From positions 1-55,352 of IMG/VR virus record IMGVR_UViG_3300037467_002425: 55,352 nucleotides of DNA; one strand, written 5' to 3'. The notes beneath the pieces were generated by a model. That model saw only the letters and a program-made list of their open reading frames with translations. It had not been told where the DNA came from and made no database searches. Within the stretch, counting starts at the first letter, position 1. Each line of letters opens with the position of its first letter. Shown one piece after another: positions 1-8,360 of the stretch. Origin of the DNA: a virus. Lineage: Duplodnaviria; Caudoviricetes. Both the position numbers and the translations under genes were made by a program.

Positions 1-127
1 TCCTCGATGATCAGCATATTAGCGATTGTTTTGCTAGCCCTTGTGAAGTATTTCGTGTTAATATCCTTGTTATGTTTAATCTTCCTTAATAAGTGCAGAA
101 TAAACTCTGATGGCATTTTATTTCCTT
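1..127. repeat. Terminal direct repeat, copy 1 (assembly overlap of a circular genome)
   Basis: 1-127 is identical to 55226-55352. A 127 nt overlap is typical of assembler k-mer overlap, and an ORF reads through the junction. Confidence 0.95.
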
Positions 128-299
128 TGTCCTGATTGCAGGGTCTGCAGACTACAAACCTGTTCCAGTGTCTGTTCGGTCCATCTTTATCCAGCGGGTA
201 AAAATGATCGAACGTGGCGGTTATTTTACCATGGAACACTTGTCCGCAATACCTGCAATGTGAAGCGGTTGCCCGTATTTTCTTCTGCTTGTTAGTCAC
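1..299 (-). CDS. HNH endonuclease (zinc-binding, McrA-like), 5' part; continues across the circular junction to 55186
   Basis: Manual translation from GTG at 299 gives MTNKQKKIRATASHCRYCG...DHFYP...N...CRPCNQDKG...EEQIWPLFEAKDIL (112 aa), with CxxC, DH, N and CxxCN motifs. Not in the ORF track. Confidence 0.85.
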   Translation of the reverse strand, partial: MTNKQKKIRATASHCRYCGQVFHGKITATFDHFYPLDKDGPNRHWNRFVVCRPCNQDKGNKMPSEFILHLLRKIKHNKDINTKYFTRASKTIANMLIIE

Positions 300-424
300 A
301 CCTCACCATGATAATATGTTTCATCCTTAAAGAAACATGCCAATAGACATATTCCTAGCAATATTAACGGCATCGTGACGAACAACACGATTGTTAGCAG
401 AGTAATTTTAATGATCTTTTTCAT
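296..424 (-). CDS. Small membrane protein (42 aa)
   Basis: MKKIIKITLLTIVLFVTMPLILLGICLLACFFKDETYYHGEV; its stop overlaps the HNH start (GTGA). Confidence 0.55.
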   Translation of the reverse strand: MKKIIKITLLTIVLFVTMPLILLGICLLACFFKDETYYHGEV

Positions 425-548
425 GATTTTTTACTGCCATAAGCCCGAACCTTGTTAGGTGTCGGGCTATGGTTTTCTAAACCTTAACCAAATTATGAAC
501 CATTAATCATTGGACCTCCTGTTTTAAATGTTCTTTGTTGTTACATAA

Positions 549-556
549 CAAATATA
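549..556 (-). promoter_or_regulatory. Bacteroidota -7 promoter element driving the leftward early operon
   Basis: TATATTTG on the minus strand in an AT-rich intergenic region; matches TAnnTTTG. Confidence 0.6.
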
Positions 557-601
557 AAAACTTATTTTTAATATTTACAAGTTTTTTATTAAAAATATTT
601 T

Positions 602-862
602 TTATGTTGCTGGTACCTCCGTAATAATCAGTTCAGGTGCTTCCAGTTCAGCAAATTGCTTTTGAGTAGCGTTCTGGACTTGACGCTTCGGGTAGCCTTT
701 ATCGTCCCACTCGACACGTTTATACGTGCGGATGATCCGCAGGATTTTGTAACGTTTTTCTTCAAAATAGAACATATCTCCTTCTTTGAGGTTCATGTCA
801 TTGAAGATTTCAGTATAGGCGAAAAGCTCCTTTTCGCCGAACAGGAATAGTTTGTATATCAT
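602..862 (-). CDS. Hypothetical protein
   Basis: 86 aa ORF coupled to the primase-helicase stop (ATGA overlap). Confidence 0.7.
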   Translation of the reverse strand: MIYKLFLFGEKELFAYTEIFNDMNLKEGDMFYFEEKRYKILRIIRTYKRVEWDDKGYPKRQVQNATQKQFAELEAPELIITEVPAT

Positions 863-2997
863 ATAAGTCCTTCTAATTTGTTGTCATCTATATCGATCAT
901 CCGGACAAGCTGGTATTTGCGGATGGTTGTTTTGCCGGTCTTGCGGTGCTTTTGCTCAAAGCCAAGTTTCTTCAGATATTTGCCCAGAGTGTTGCTGTTG
1001 ATATTGAGCCGGGTGCGTTGCTTCAGATAGTCAAACACCTCGCTGCTGGACATCTCAGTTACTTCTATCTCCGGTTTATCCGCTGGCAGTACAAAATGTT
1101 TGGCCAGCAATTCTTCTTCGGGCACAGACCGTTTAAACTGCTGCCCCCCGCTTTCCAGCAATGCAATGTCCTCGGCGGTCATCTGGTAGTTAAACCCTTC
1201 TATATACTCCAAATAACACTCATACAGCAATAGTTCTTTATCGATGGCGTTGTACGCCTCGAAATTGACGGACTTGATACCGATCACTATACGGCGTCGG
1301 TTACCGGTCGGGTCATCCACAATCTCATCATCATTGGCGGTCCCTGCAAGCATTGCGATCCGGTTCAGTGTTGAGGATGTTCTGCCAAACGGTACCCGGA
1401 GGTCGAGGGTTTGTTTGGATGAGATCGATTTCATTTTTCGTTCTTCCTGTTTGGACTTACCGCTGAGCTCATCATCCATAATGATCAGCTTTTTACTCAT
1501 CAGGATGAGATCGTCTTTTCCTTCATCCATTTTACTCTCCGCATAGTATTGCTGTAGTATAGGTGGTAGTAGCCTTCTAAACCATTCGGTCTTACCACAG
1601 TTCTGCGGTCCCTGCAGTATCAATTCCAAAACGCTATGTTGTCCGTAGGCGCTTGCGATCAAGGCTACCAACCACTTCTTTATAAAAGCATGGGCATAAA
1701 CAGTGTCTGTATCCAAAGTGTCGACCAGGGCCTTTATATGGCCTCGTAGTTGCTCCGGCGGCTCCTGATCGTATTTAGCCATCATATCTTTTACCAAATG
1801 GTACCGGGGCGTAAACCGACTATCTAGCACGTGATAGATAATGTCGCGTCCATTGATCTTGTCAATTACACTGCGGCAAAGAATATAGATCGTGTTCAAT
1901 AGCTCATCATCAAGGGTTTCTCCATTTACTTCCAATGAGCCTGTCATTTCGTTTTTACGGATCTTATAGGCCTTATGTACAAAGTTCTTAACCTGTATGA
2001 TCGGGTCCGTGGCCGGTATGTCGATTGTACCAAGCGTAGCATAAGTTAAGGGGCGTTCTTCACGGAGACCAGCGTCATATGCCCTTTTTTCTGCCAGTTC
2101 CTGCTGTATAAAGTCCGAGGTTCCTTTTCCGTAAGCCGTCAGGCCGTTCTTTTCGACTATATGATAAAACCAGTCTATCGTATGTTCGCCGGTTTTTGAC
2201 TTTAAAAGATGGTCGTATTTCGAGTCTACCTTGTCCGGGTCATATTCCGGGTGGAACATGCTGATCGTGTGGAACGGCTCACGACCTTCTTCACCAAATT
2301 TGTCAACCAGGCTGAACCCGCAATATATCCAGTCCTGGTAATTTGATGTAAGGTCCAGTTCAGCGGTTTTTATATCTTCCAGGATGCGCTGGAAATCTTC
2401 ATCGGTATAGAGGTATTTTTTCGGTTTTTCTTTTTTCTTTGGTGAAGGTTTTATCGGAGCAATTTGTGAATTTGGATTTATGTAAATGTCCGGGTCGTAA
2501 GAAACAAACCGCAGCCGGGAAACATCTTTGCATTTTTCATCAATGTTCAGGTTGTATTTAAGGAACATATGCTCAGACATAAAGTTGAATGATTCAATAT
2601 GGGCCTTCGGGTTGATGCGTACAAGCCCGCAAATGCCCCGTCCAGAGCATGAAATGAATAGGGCGTAGAAAAGGCTGTCCTGAATTAATTGTTCTTTAAT
2701 GGCGTTTATATTCGTTATATGGTCGATGTCTATAGCGAGGTAGCCCGAATGTTTTTCAAGGTTTTCAGGGGATGAGTTACGTACTTTGAAAGTGCCGGAG
2801 GCGGTCGTGGCAGGTATGGAGGTTTTTAACTTATCAATTTGTTTTTTGGAAAGGTTTTTTTGTACGGCGGCGCGTATTGGTAAAACCTGGTCCTGCCAAA
2901 AACCGTTTTTTATATTTTCTAAAAACTCATCAACTGTAATTTTTTCGGCACCGGTGGTAGTCCAGGCATCTGGATAAAGGTCAATTTTGGTTGTCAT
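859..2997 (-). CDS. Primase-helicase: BT4734/VirE N-terminal primase domain, PriCT-2, VirE/VapE-type ATPase and C-terminal winged helix
   Basis: AIDID and KDVSRLRFVSYD primase motifs; YQDW..GFSL PriCT-2; Walker A GPQNCGKT; Walker B IIMDDE; DPTGNRR arginine finger. Confidence 0.9.
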   Translation of the reverse strand: MTTKIDLYPDAWTTTGAEKITVDEFLENIKNGFWQDQVLPIRAAVQKNLSKKQIDKLKTSIPATTASGTFKVRNSSPENLEKHSGYLAIDIDHITNINAIKEQLIQDSLFYALFISCSGRGICGLVRINPKAHIESFNFMSEHMFLKYNLNIDEKCKDVSRLRFVSYDPDIYINPNSQIAPIKPSPKKKEKPKKYLYTDEDFQRILEDIKTAELDLTSNYQDWIYCGFSLVDKFGEEGREPFHTISMFHPEYDPDKVDSKYDHLLKSKTGEHTIDWFYHIVEKNGLTAYGKGTSDFIQQELAEKRAYDAGLREERPLTYATLGTIDIPATDPIIQVKNFVHKAYKIRKNEMTGSLEVNGETLDDELLNTIYILCRSVIDKINGRDIIYHVLDSRFTPRYHLVKDMMAKYDQEPPEQLRGHIKALVDTLDTDTVYAHAFIKKWLVALIASAYGQHSVLELILQGPQNCGKTEWFRRLLPPILQQYYAESKMDEGKDDLILMSKKLIIMDDELSGKSKQEERKMKSISSKQTLDLRVPFGRTSSTLNRIAMLAGTANDDEIVDDPTGNRRRIVIGIKSVNFEAYNAIDKELLLYECYLEYIEGFNYQMTAEDIALLESGGQQFKRSVPEEELLAKHFVLPADKPEIEVTEMSSSEVFDYLKQRTRLNINSNTLGKYLKKLGFEQKHRKTGKTTIRKYQLVRMIDIDDNKLEGLI

Positions 2998-2998
2998 G

Positions 2999-3169
2999 TT
3001 AGTTTACAGTTGATAAAAGTTTACGAAGAGCATGTTGTTTTCGGGCAGATAACCGGCGGTTCCCGACTAAGCATTGATAAAAATGATTAGGTACTATTCC
3101 TAGCTTTTGAGCAATAAATTTCTTTTTCAGGCCAGATTCGTTGACCATTGTAATAAGTTCTAAGTCCAT
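2999..3169 (-). CDS. Cro/XRE-like HTH DNA-binding protein (56 aa)
   Basis: SGLKKKFIAQKLGI...GNRRL HTH pattern. Start reassigned to ATG 3169, because the longer ORF runs through the iteron repeats. Confidence 0.7.
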   Translation of the reverse strand: MDLELITMVNESGLKKKFIAQKLGIVPNHFYQCLVGNRRLSARKQHALRKLLSTVN

Positions 3170-3214
3170 TTTGCTAATGTAAAAAGTATTATTTAGAATA
3201 CAAAATAAAATATT

Positions 3215-3540
3215 ACCTGTAAACCTGTAAACCAACCTGTAAACCGAAAAAGTGTGTTTAAATATATCTAAAAGCAATAAGTTTACAGGTTTACAGGTTT
3301 ACAGGTTGTTTTCTCGCGCTATAGAGAGAAATAAAAAAGTTTTGGTAATTTTAATAAATTATAAAAATGCTTGTGTTCGCGCGTATACGCGCGCGTGAGG
3401 AAAAACGTGTAAACCTGTAAACTTGTGATTAAAAACTGCGAAATTTTATATGCTGGATGGGTTTTTGTGGTTTACATGTTAGGTTTACATGTTGATTTTC
3501 AACCTGTAAACCTGTAAACCTTTTGTACTAAATTTAGTAC
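3215..3540. repeat. Iteron-like 8-bp repeat arrays and palindromes; probable replication origin
   Basis: ACCTGTAA/TTACAGGT arrays at 3215-3245, 3281-3307 (inverted), 3409-3422, 3469-3492 (variant) and 3501-3520. Perfect palindromes CGCGCGTATACGCGCG (3378-3393) and GTACTAAATTTAGTAC (3525-3540). Lies next to the primase-helicase. Confidence 0.75.
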
Positions 3541-3621
3541 GAATGTTAAAGAGCTGGGATTCAAATATACTAATAAAACGATAAAAACAAAATTTATTTT
3601 GAAAGTATACATCAGTTTACT

Positions 3622-3629
3622 TATATTTG
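3622..3629 (+). promoter_or_regulatory. Bacteroidota -7 promoter element
   Basis: TATATTTG 4 nt upstream of ATG 3634. Confidence 0.6.
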
Positions 3630-3633
3630 ATTT

Positions 3634-3882
3634 ATGGAAAATGTAAACTTAATGGCCGGTCAATTATCAGAAAATGACCTGGAACTACTTAAATCATATT
3701 TTATAAGTAGTGATCAGCATCGATGTACTTTTAAATCAATAAAAGAGCAACTTATTCAGAAAGGATTTCCCAAATATTCTGATAATGCTTTAGGTAAAGC
3801 TTTAAAAAGTTATGCCACATCAATAATTATTAAAAGAAATGGTACAACTTATCGTGGTTGGTTTGTAAAGTTTATTGGTTAA
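3634..3882 (+). CDS. Stand-alone winged-helix protein resembling the primase-helicase C-terminus
   Basis: ELLKSYF...SDNALGKALK...KRNGTTYRGWFV aligns by eye with ELLAKHF...NSNTLGKYLK...RKTGKTTIRKYQLV of 859..2997. Confidence 0.65.
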   Translation: MENVNLMAGQLSENDLELLKSYFISSDQHRCTFKSIKEQLIQKGFPKYSDNALGKALKSYATSIIIKRNGTTYRGWFVKFIG

Positions 3883-3904
3883 ATTTGAAATAAAAATAAT
3901 TTTT

Positions 3905-4432
3905 ATGGCAGCACCGGCGGGAAACAGATTTTGGGAATTTAGGTCTAAACATGGTCGAGATAAGCTTTTTTCAGATGCAGAACTGCTTTGGAAGGAATCC
4001 GTTAAATATTTCACCTGGTGTGAAAATAACCCGTTGATTGAAATAGATTATCGAGGTAAAGACGCGGTATTGGTGGAAATTCCAAAAGTGAGAGCATTCA
4101 CAATCAAGGGTTTATGCTTATTTTTACATGTGAATGAAGATTTTATGCTGCAATTTAGAAATACTTGCGCCGGTCGTGACGATCAAGAAAGTAAAGATTT
4201 TTCTCGGGTCATCTCCAACATTTATGATACTATATTCACTCAAAAATTCACCGCCGCCGCAGCAGGATTCCTAAAAGAGAACCTTATTGCACGTGAAACC
4301 GGCCTTGCAGAACGTCAGCAAGTCCACCAGATCAATCAAAATGCTTCAGACTATATCGAGTATACAGAGGTCTCCGATGAAGCCTTAAAAGAGATTAAGA
4401 ATGCAAATAAACGCCTCAAAAGCAATAGCTGA
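3905..4432 (+). CDS. terS: Terminase small subunit (P22 gp3-like)
   Basis: The N-terminus MAAPAGNRFWEFRSKHGR closely matches the P22 gp3 family; directly upstream of TerL. Confidence 0.9.
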   Translation: MAAPAGNRFWEFRSKHGRDKLFSDAELLWKESVKYFTWCENNPLIEIDYRGKDAVLVEIPKVRAFTIKGLCLFLHVNEDFMLQFRNTCAGRDDQESKDFSRVISNIYDTIFTQKFTAAAAGFLKENLIARETGLAERQQVHQINQNASDYIEYTEVSDEALKEIKNANKRLKSNS

Positions 4433-5927
4433 GCTTTGCCGTCGTTCGTTATATGAATTTGTGCAGGAGTTTTGGGATGTGATTATCCCTGAGGATCCGG
4501 TTTGGAACTGGCATATCGAATACATTTGCAATGAAGTGCAGGAAGCAATCATGCGGGTCGTTCGTTTGCCAGAGCGCCCGGCGGTTTTTGAGGGCGTTCG
4601 TTTTATAATGCCAAAAAAGCCACGTGAACAAAAATTATATGACCTGTTGGTCAATGTACCGCCAGGTTCGTTAAAATCAACCATAATCACCGTCATGGCG
4701 CCAGCGTGGGCATGGACTATTGACCAAACCTTGCGCATCATCAGCGCCTCTTATTCAGGCGATTTGAGCCAAGATCATGCCGTTCGTTCCAGGGACATTA
4801 TTCAGTCCGACAAATACAAATTATATTTCCCTGAAGTAGAAATTCGTGCGGACCAGAACAATAAAAACAACTATAAAAACACCATGAACGGGGAACGTTA
4901 TGCTACGTCCGTCGGTGGTACGGTCATGGGTATCCATGCGCATCTTATTATAATAGATGACCCGCTGAACACCAAACAATCTATATCTGAAGCTGATTTG
5001 CCAGCGGCGGCGGCGTTCGTGAATACGACATTATCTACCAGAAAGGTAGATAAGGCCGTAACCCTAACAATCATGGTTATGCAGCGTTTGAATGAATTGG
5101 ACCCGGCGGGGGTATGGCTTCGCCAACGGGACCAGGAAGGTCGCAAGATCAAACATATCTGTTTGCCGGTTCGTTCGTCGCCGAAAGTTTACCCGCCGGA
5201 GTTGGTCCAATACTACCAGGACGGACTATTAGACCCCGTTCGTTTGAACGAAGAAGTGCTGCAGAACGCAAAAATTGAGCTCGGTTCGTACGGGTTTGCC
5301 GGGCAAATGGATCAGGATCCGGCACCGGAGGGCGGCGGCGTATGGCAGAAGTGGTTCGTACCTGTTGCTGACAAAGATATGCCGCCCGTTAGTCAAATGA
5401 AAAATTACGGGACGGACTGGGACACCGCGTATACGGAAAAATTGAAAAACGCGAGTTCGGCGGCGGTTGTTAGCGGGATGTTTGAGGGAAAAATGTATAT
5501 AACCGACGTTCGTTGGTTTCATAAAGAGTTTCCGGACTTAATCAACACGATGAAATTATTCCCGGATCCGCACTATATCGAGGCGAAAGCGTCCGGCAAA
5601 TCAGCCAAGCAAACGCTATTAACCGCCGGTATACCTGCTGTTGAGGTTCAGGTAAACAGTGACAAGCTGGCCCGTGCCCGGGATGCGACACCGAAAGCGG
5701 AGGCCGGTTTAGTGTTCGTTCGTGCCTCAATACTTGAAAAAATCTACTATGACAGCGATCAGGGAATTTTAAAGTTCCCAAACGGGGCCAAACAGGATTT
5801 AGCGGATACGATTGCCCAGGCTATACAGCGGCATTTCGGCAGGCCTGAAAGGAAGTTTGCGGTCGGTTGGAAACGAAAACCGCCGATTGAAAGGGATCAA
5901 CCGGCGGTTAGTTTGATAAATGATTAA
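4401..5927 (+). CDS. terL: Terminase large subunit
   Basis: NVPPGSLKS Walker A, IIIDDP Walker B, MQRL coupling motif, DWDTAY and D..D..Q nuclease residues, IEAKASG. Confidence 0.93.
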   Translation: MQINASKAIAELCRRSLYEFVQEFWDVIIPEDPVWNWHIEYICNEVQEAIMRVVRLPERPAVFEGVRFIMPKKPREQKLYDLLVNVPPGSLKSTIITVMAPAWAWTIDQTLRIISASYSGDLSQDHAVRSRDIIQSDKYKLYFPEVEIRADQNNKNNYKNTMNGERYATSVGGTVMGIHAHLIIIDDPLNTKQSISEADLPAAAAFVNTTLSTRKVDKAVTLTIMVMQRLNELDPAGVWLRQRDQEGRKIKHICLPVRSSPKVYPPELVQYYQDGLLDPVRLNEEVLQNAKIELGSYGFAGQMDQDPAPEGGGVWQKWFVPVADKDMPPVSQMKNYGTDWDTAYTEKLKNASSAAVVSGMFEGKMYITDVRWFHKEFPDLINTMKLFPDPHYIEAKASGKSAKQTLLTAGIPAVEVQVNSDKLARARDATPKAEAGLVFVRASILEKIYYDSDQGILKFPNGAKQDLADTIAQAIQRHFGRPERKFAVGWKRKPPIERDQPAVSLIND

Positions 5928-6094
5928 GCTGTTAATTCTTTGTGAACATATAAATAATTAGAGTCTTTTATACGTTGTAAAATATCTTCTTTTACAGTTT
6001 CAAAGTTTTTAATGTTACCTTTCCAATCGGTTAAAAGATATTCGACTTGTTTTAACGTTGCGTTTAAACAGTCTTGCTGAGTTACTTTTTTCAT
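5924..6094 (-). CDS. Hypothetical protein (56 aa)
   Basis: Manual ORF MKKVTQQDCLNATLKQVEYLLTDWKG...ELTA; ATGA-coupled to the upstream gene. Confidence 0.6.
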   Translation of the reverse strand: MKKVTQQDCLNATLKQVEYLLTDWKGNIKNFETVKEDILQRIKDSNYLYVHKELTA

Positions 6095-6288
6095 AAATTC
6101 AAATCGTTTTTAATAATGTTTTCAATGTTAATTAATTCGGCGGCGGTGAAAGGCTTAGCTTTGCCACGGCCGTTTAGTTTATCATAGTAATTTTTCGGTT
6201 TTAAGCCTAGTTTTTCCGCAATTTGTGCGTTATTCAGCAACTTTGACCGGATATTAATGCTTATAAACGCTTCGTTTGGGTGTTTCAT
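6091..6288 (-). CDS. HTH DNA-binding protein
   Basis: NAQIAEKLGL..KNYYDKLNG....FT..EL, an XRE-like pattern. Confidence 0.7.
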   Translation of the reverse strand: MKHPNEAFISINIRSKLLNNAQIAEKLGLKPKNYYDKLNGRGKAKPFTAAELINIENIIKNDLNL

Positions 6289-6641
6289 AATGAGTTAAAA
6301 TAATCAAATTCAGTTTTAAGTATGTTGTGAAAACATTCTTCATCCTTTCTGTAAGCCCGGTATTCAGTGATATAAAAACCGGCGGCTAATAAAGCTTTTC
6401 TTTCATTATAAGCTTTAGTTAAAGGATGGTTTTCATTACCAAAAGGAATGTTAAAAGCATTACGTTTTAAGTATGCTTGCTCTTTTTCTTCTGCTACGTA
6501 GTTACGGCGTTGAGTGCACTCAACGCGACCGCCGGTATTTTTAAGAAATTCCATATGTGCCCGGCGGGTCATTATGCCTTCTTTATATCTGAATAGTTCA
6601 GATAATGTTTTTTCAATTTTTCCTTGTTGTAAAGTTTTCAT
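6285..6641 (-). CDS. Hypothetical early protein
   Basis: 118 aa ORF in a translationally coupled cassette. Confidence 0.7.
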   Translation of the reverse strand: MKTLQQGKIEKTLSELFRYKEGIMTRRAHMEFLKNTGGRVECTQRRNYVAEEKEQAYLKRNAFNIPFGNENHPLTKAYNERKALLAAGFYITEYRAYRKDEECFHNILKTEFDYFNSL

Positions 6642-6808
6642 TTTAATACTGAATAAAGATCATTAATACATAATTCCCACATATCCACTAAATAGCCAGG
6701 ATATGAGGTTTGATTGCTAAGAACATAGTGCTCAATTTCGATAAGATCGCTTTGACAGGTTACAGAGCCGATAATGTCAAAGATTTGATCAGGAGTGTAT
6801 AGTTTCAT
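6638..6808 (-). CDS. Hypothetical protein (56 aa)
   Basis: Manual ORF MKLYTPDQIFDIIGSVTCQSDLIEIEHYV...; stop overlaps the next ATG. Confidence 0.6.
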   Translation of the reverse strand: MKLYTPDQIFDIIGSVTCQSDLIEIEHYVLSNQTSYPGYLVDMWELCINDLYSVLK

Positions 6809-6809
6809 A

Positions 6810-6971
6810 TTAATAAGTGATTAAATACCCTAATCTTTCAATCAAACATAAATCCATATGGCTGAATGTTTTCTTGTTTAATAATTGAGCAAACAGTTTT
6901 GATTGATCACATACAGGATAAATTAAGTCATTACCATATACGTTTTTGATTTGTAGTTTTAAAGTTTTCAT
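6810..6971 (-). CDS. Small phage protein (53 aa)
   Basis: Manual ORF MKTLKLQIKNVYGNDLIYPVCDQSKLFAQLLNKKTF..., with an A-rich start AAAACTTAAAAACATG. Confidence 0.7.
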   Translation of the reverse strand: MKTLKLQIKNVYGNDLIYPVCDQSKLFAQLLNKKTFSHMDLCLIERLGYLITY

Positions 6972-7025
6972 GTTTTTAAGTTTTACTGAACCTACCGACC
7001 TATAAGGGCCGGTAACGCACGATTT

Positions 7026-7790
7026 TCACGCCTTAATCAGTTTACGGTTTTTGATAATTTTTAATCCTGCGGCTAATACTGAATTATGGTAGTCATTATC
7101 GGCGGTTATCTTTGAATATTCATAAATTGAATCCATTGTAACCGGTTTTATATGAAGGTCAATTAATGCTTTTAATTCAGGATGAGCGGCTAAAACTTCA
7201 TCATGTAAACATCCACATGATGATGAACTGAAGTAATAATCTGAGCGGTTATAAGTGAAATAATCACTAAACAGGCTTATATCTGCAATCCCTTCAATAC
7301 CATCATAACGAAGTATTTCAGCAACTTTTGCGCTTGCAGCGCGTTTAGATAAACCCTCTTCACTCATAAACATATCAATGTAACTTTCTTTGTTCCATGC
7401 TATTAAATCGGCGTATTTTTCAGGACGAACACTATCAGCAGTTACCGATACGTAACCACGTGATAAGTCAATCTTAGTTATCAATACTTCGCCGTCCTCA
7501 GTAACCGATACAAGATGTTTAACAGGCATGTTTGAATAACTGTCTTGTAGGTTCTTTGCAGCAATAGCAGTTATAATATACTGTTCTATGAACGCTTCAT
7601 TATCTCTAATAAAAGCAATCATTTGTTCTACGTTACCTTCATCAAACATCTTTGATCGAAAGTCATAACGTTGCTCAAAGTGATTAAGACTGAGCAACGA
7701 ACGACCGCTATTCCATAACACGATGATTGTACCGTCAAAGTTAAAATGATGATTTCCGGTTTGATTATTTAGATACTCTAATGTTTTCAT
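7026..7790 (-). CDS. Hypothetical early protein
   Basis: 254 aa ORF with the same start context AAAACTTAAAAACATG as the gene at 6971. Confidence 0.75.
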   Translation of the reverse strand: MKTLEYLNNQTGNHHFNFDGTIIVLWNSGRSLLSLNHFEQRYDFRSKMFDEGNVEQMIAFIRDNEAFIEQYIITAIAAKNLQDSYSNMPVKHLVSVTEDGEVLITKIDLSRGYVSVTADSVRPEKYADLIAWNKESYIDMFMSEEGLSKRAASAKVAEILRYDGIEGIADISLFSDYFTYNRSDYYFSSSSCGCLHDEVLAAHPELKALIDLHIKPVTMDSIYEYSKITADNDYHNSVLAAGLKIIKNRKLIKA

Positions 7791-7809
7791 GTTTTTAAGT
7801 TTTAAAGGT

Positions 7810-7929
7810 TTAACGCGCTGTTATAGCATCCTGAATGATGTTATGAACTAATGAGGGGAATGCGATTGCTACGAATGTGATAACGGCCAACACTATGAAG
7901 GCAGCTAAGATGATGTTTGATTTTTTCAT
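7810..7929 (-). CDS. Small membrane protein (39 aa)
   Basis: MKKSNIILAAFIVLAVITFVAIAFPSLVHNIIQDAITAR; first gene after the promoter. Confidence 0.55.
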   Translation of the reverse strand: MKKSNIILAAFIVLAVITFVAIAFPSLVHNIIQDAITAR

Positions 7930-7952
7930 GATCTTGTTTCTTTTTGTTGATA

Positions 7953-7982
7953 TAAAGATACGACATTTTACGTATTTGTCAA
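7953..7982 (-). promoter_or_regulatory. Promoter of the leftward early cassette
   Basis: TTGACA-N16-TATCTTTA on the minus strand; a variant of the -33/-7 elements. Confidence 0.55.
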
Positions 7983-8196
7983 GTGTTTTGTTGCAAAAGT
8001 TATCAACATTTTTAATTTAATTTGTTGATAATCAAAGAAGTAATATCTCAAAGGATCCATTAAAACAAAAAGGACAAACTTGTAAAATTGCCCGGCGCAG
8101 ACCCCATCTACAAAAATATTTGAGCAAAAACCGGCTCTTATGGAAATTATTTTTATTATATTTACAGCCTTAGCAGGAACGAAGTTCTTCATGTTG

Positions 8197-8235
8197 AAAA
8201 AGACCGCCGGAACATAAGGATTTCGGCGGTTTTTA
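8197..8235. terminator. Intrinsic terminator-like hairpin (possibly bidirectional)
   Basis: GACCGCCGGAA...TTTCGGCGGTT flanked by A and T tracts. Confidence 0.5.
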
Positions 8236-8347
8236 TTATATTTGTATTTTATGAAGGAATCCCGAGCGCCTTGGAAGCAAACAGACTCGGGTCCTTTATC
8301 TAAAATTTCCCGGAAAAATTTTTTCACCTATATGCGAAACTAATTTT

Positions 8348-8355
8348 TATATTTG
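8348..8355 (+). promoter_or_regulatory. Bacteroidota -7 promoter element of the portal gene
   Basis: TATATTTG 5 nt upstream of ATG 8361. Confidence 0.55.
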
Positions 8356-8360
8356 TTTTC

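Noticed and set aside
110-295. Plus-strand 61 aa ORF
   Set aside because: It is the antisense shadow of the motif-bearing HNH gene.
3170-3277. N-terminal extension of the HTH ORF
   Set aside because: It translates the iteron repeats; a promoter-like element sits just before ATG 3169.
3215-3520. CRISPR array
   Set aside because: The units are 8 bp, tandem and in both orientations, with no unique spacers. The Cas4-like gene is the stand-alone phage DUF2800 type.
7968-8327. 119 aa minus-strand ORF
   Set aside because: It overlaps promoter and terminator-like elements, has no recognisable motifs, and the region looks non-coding.
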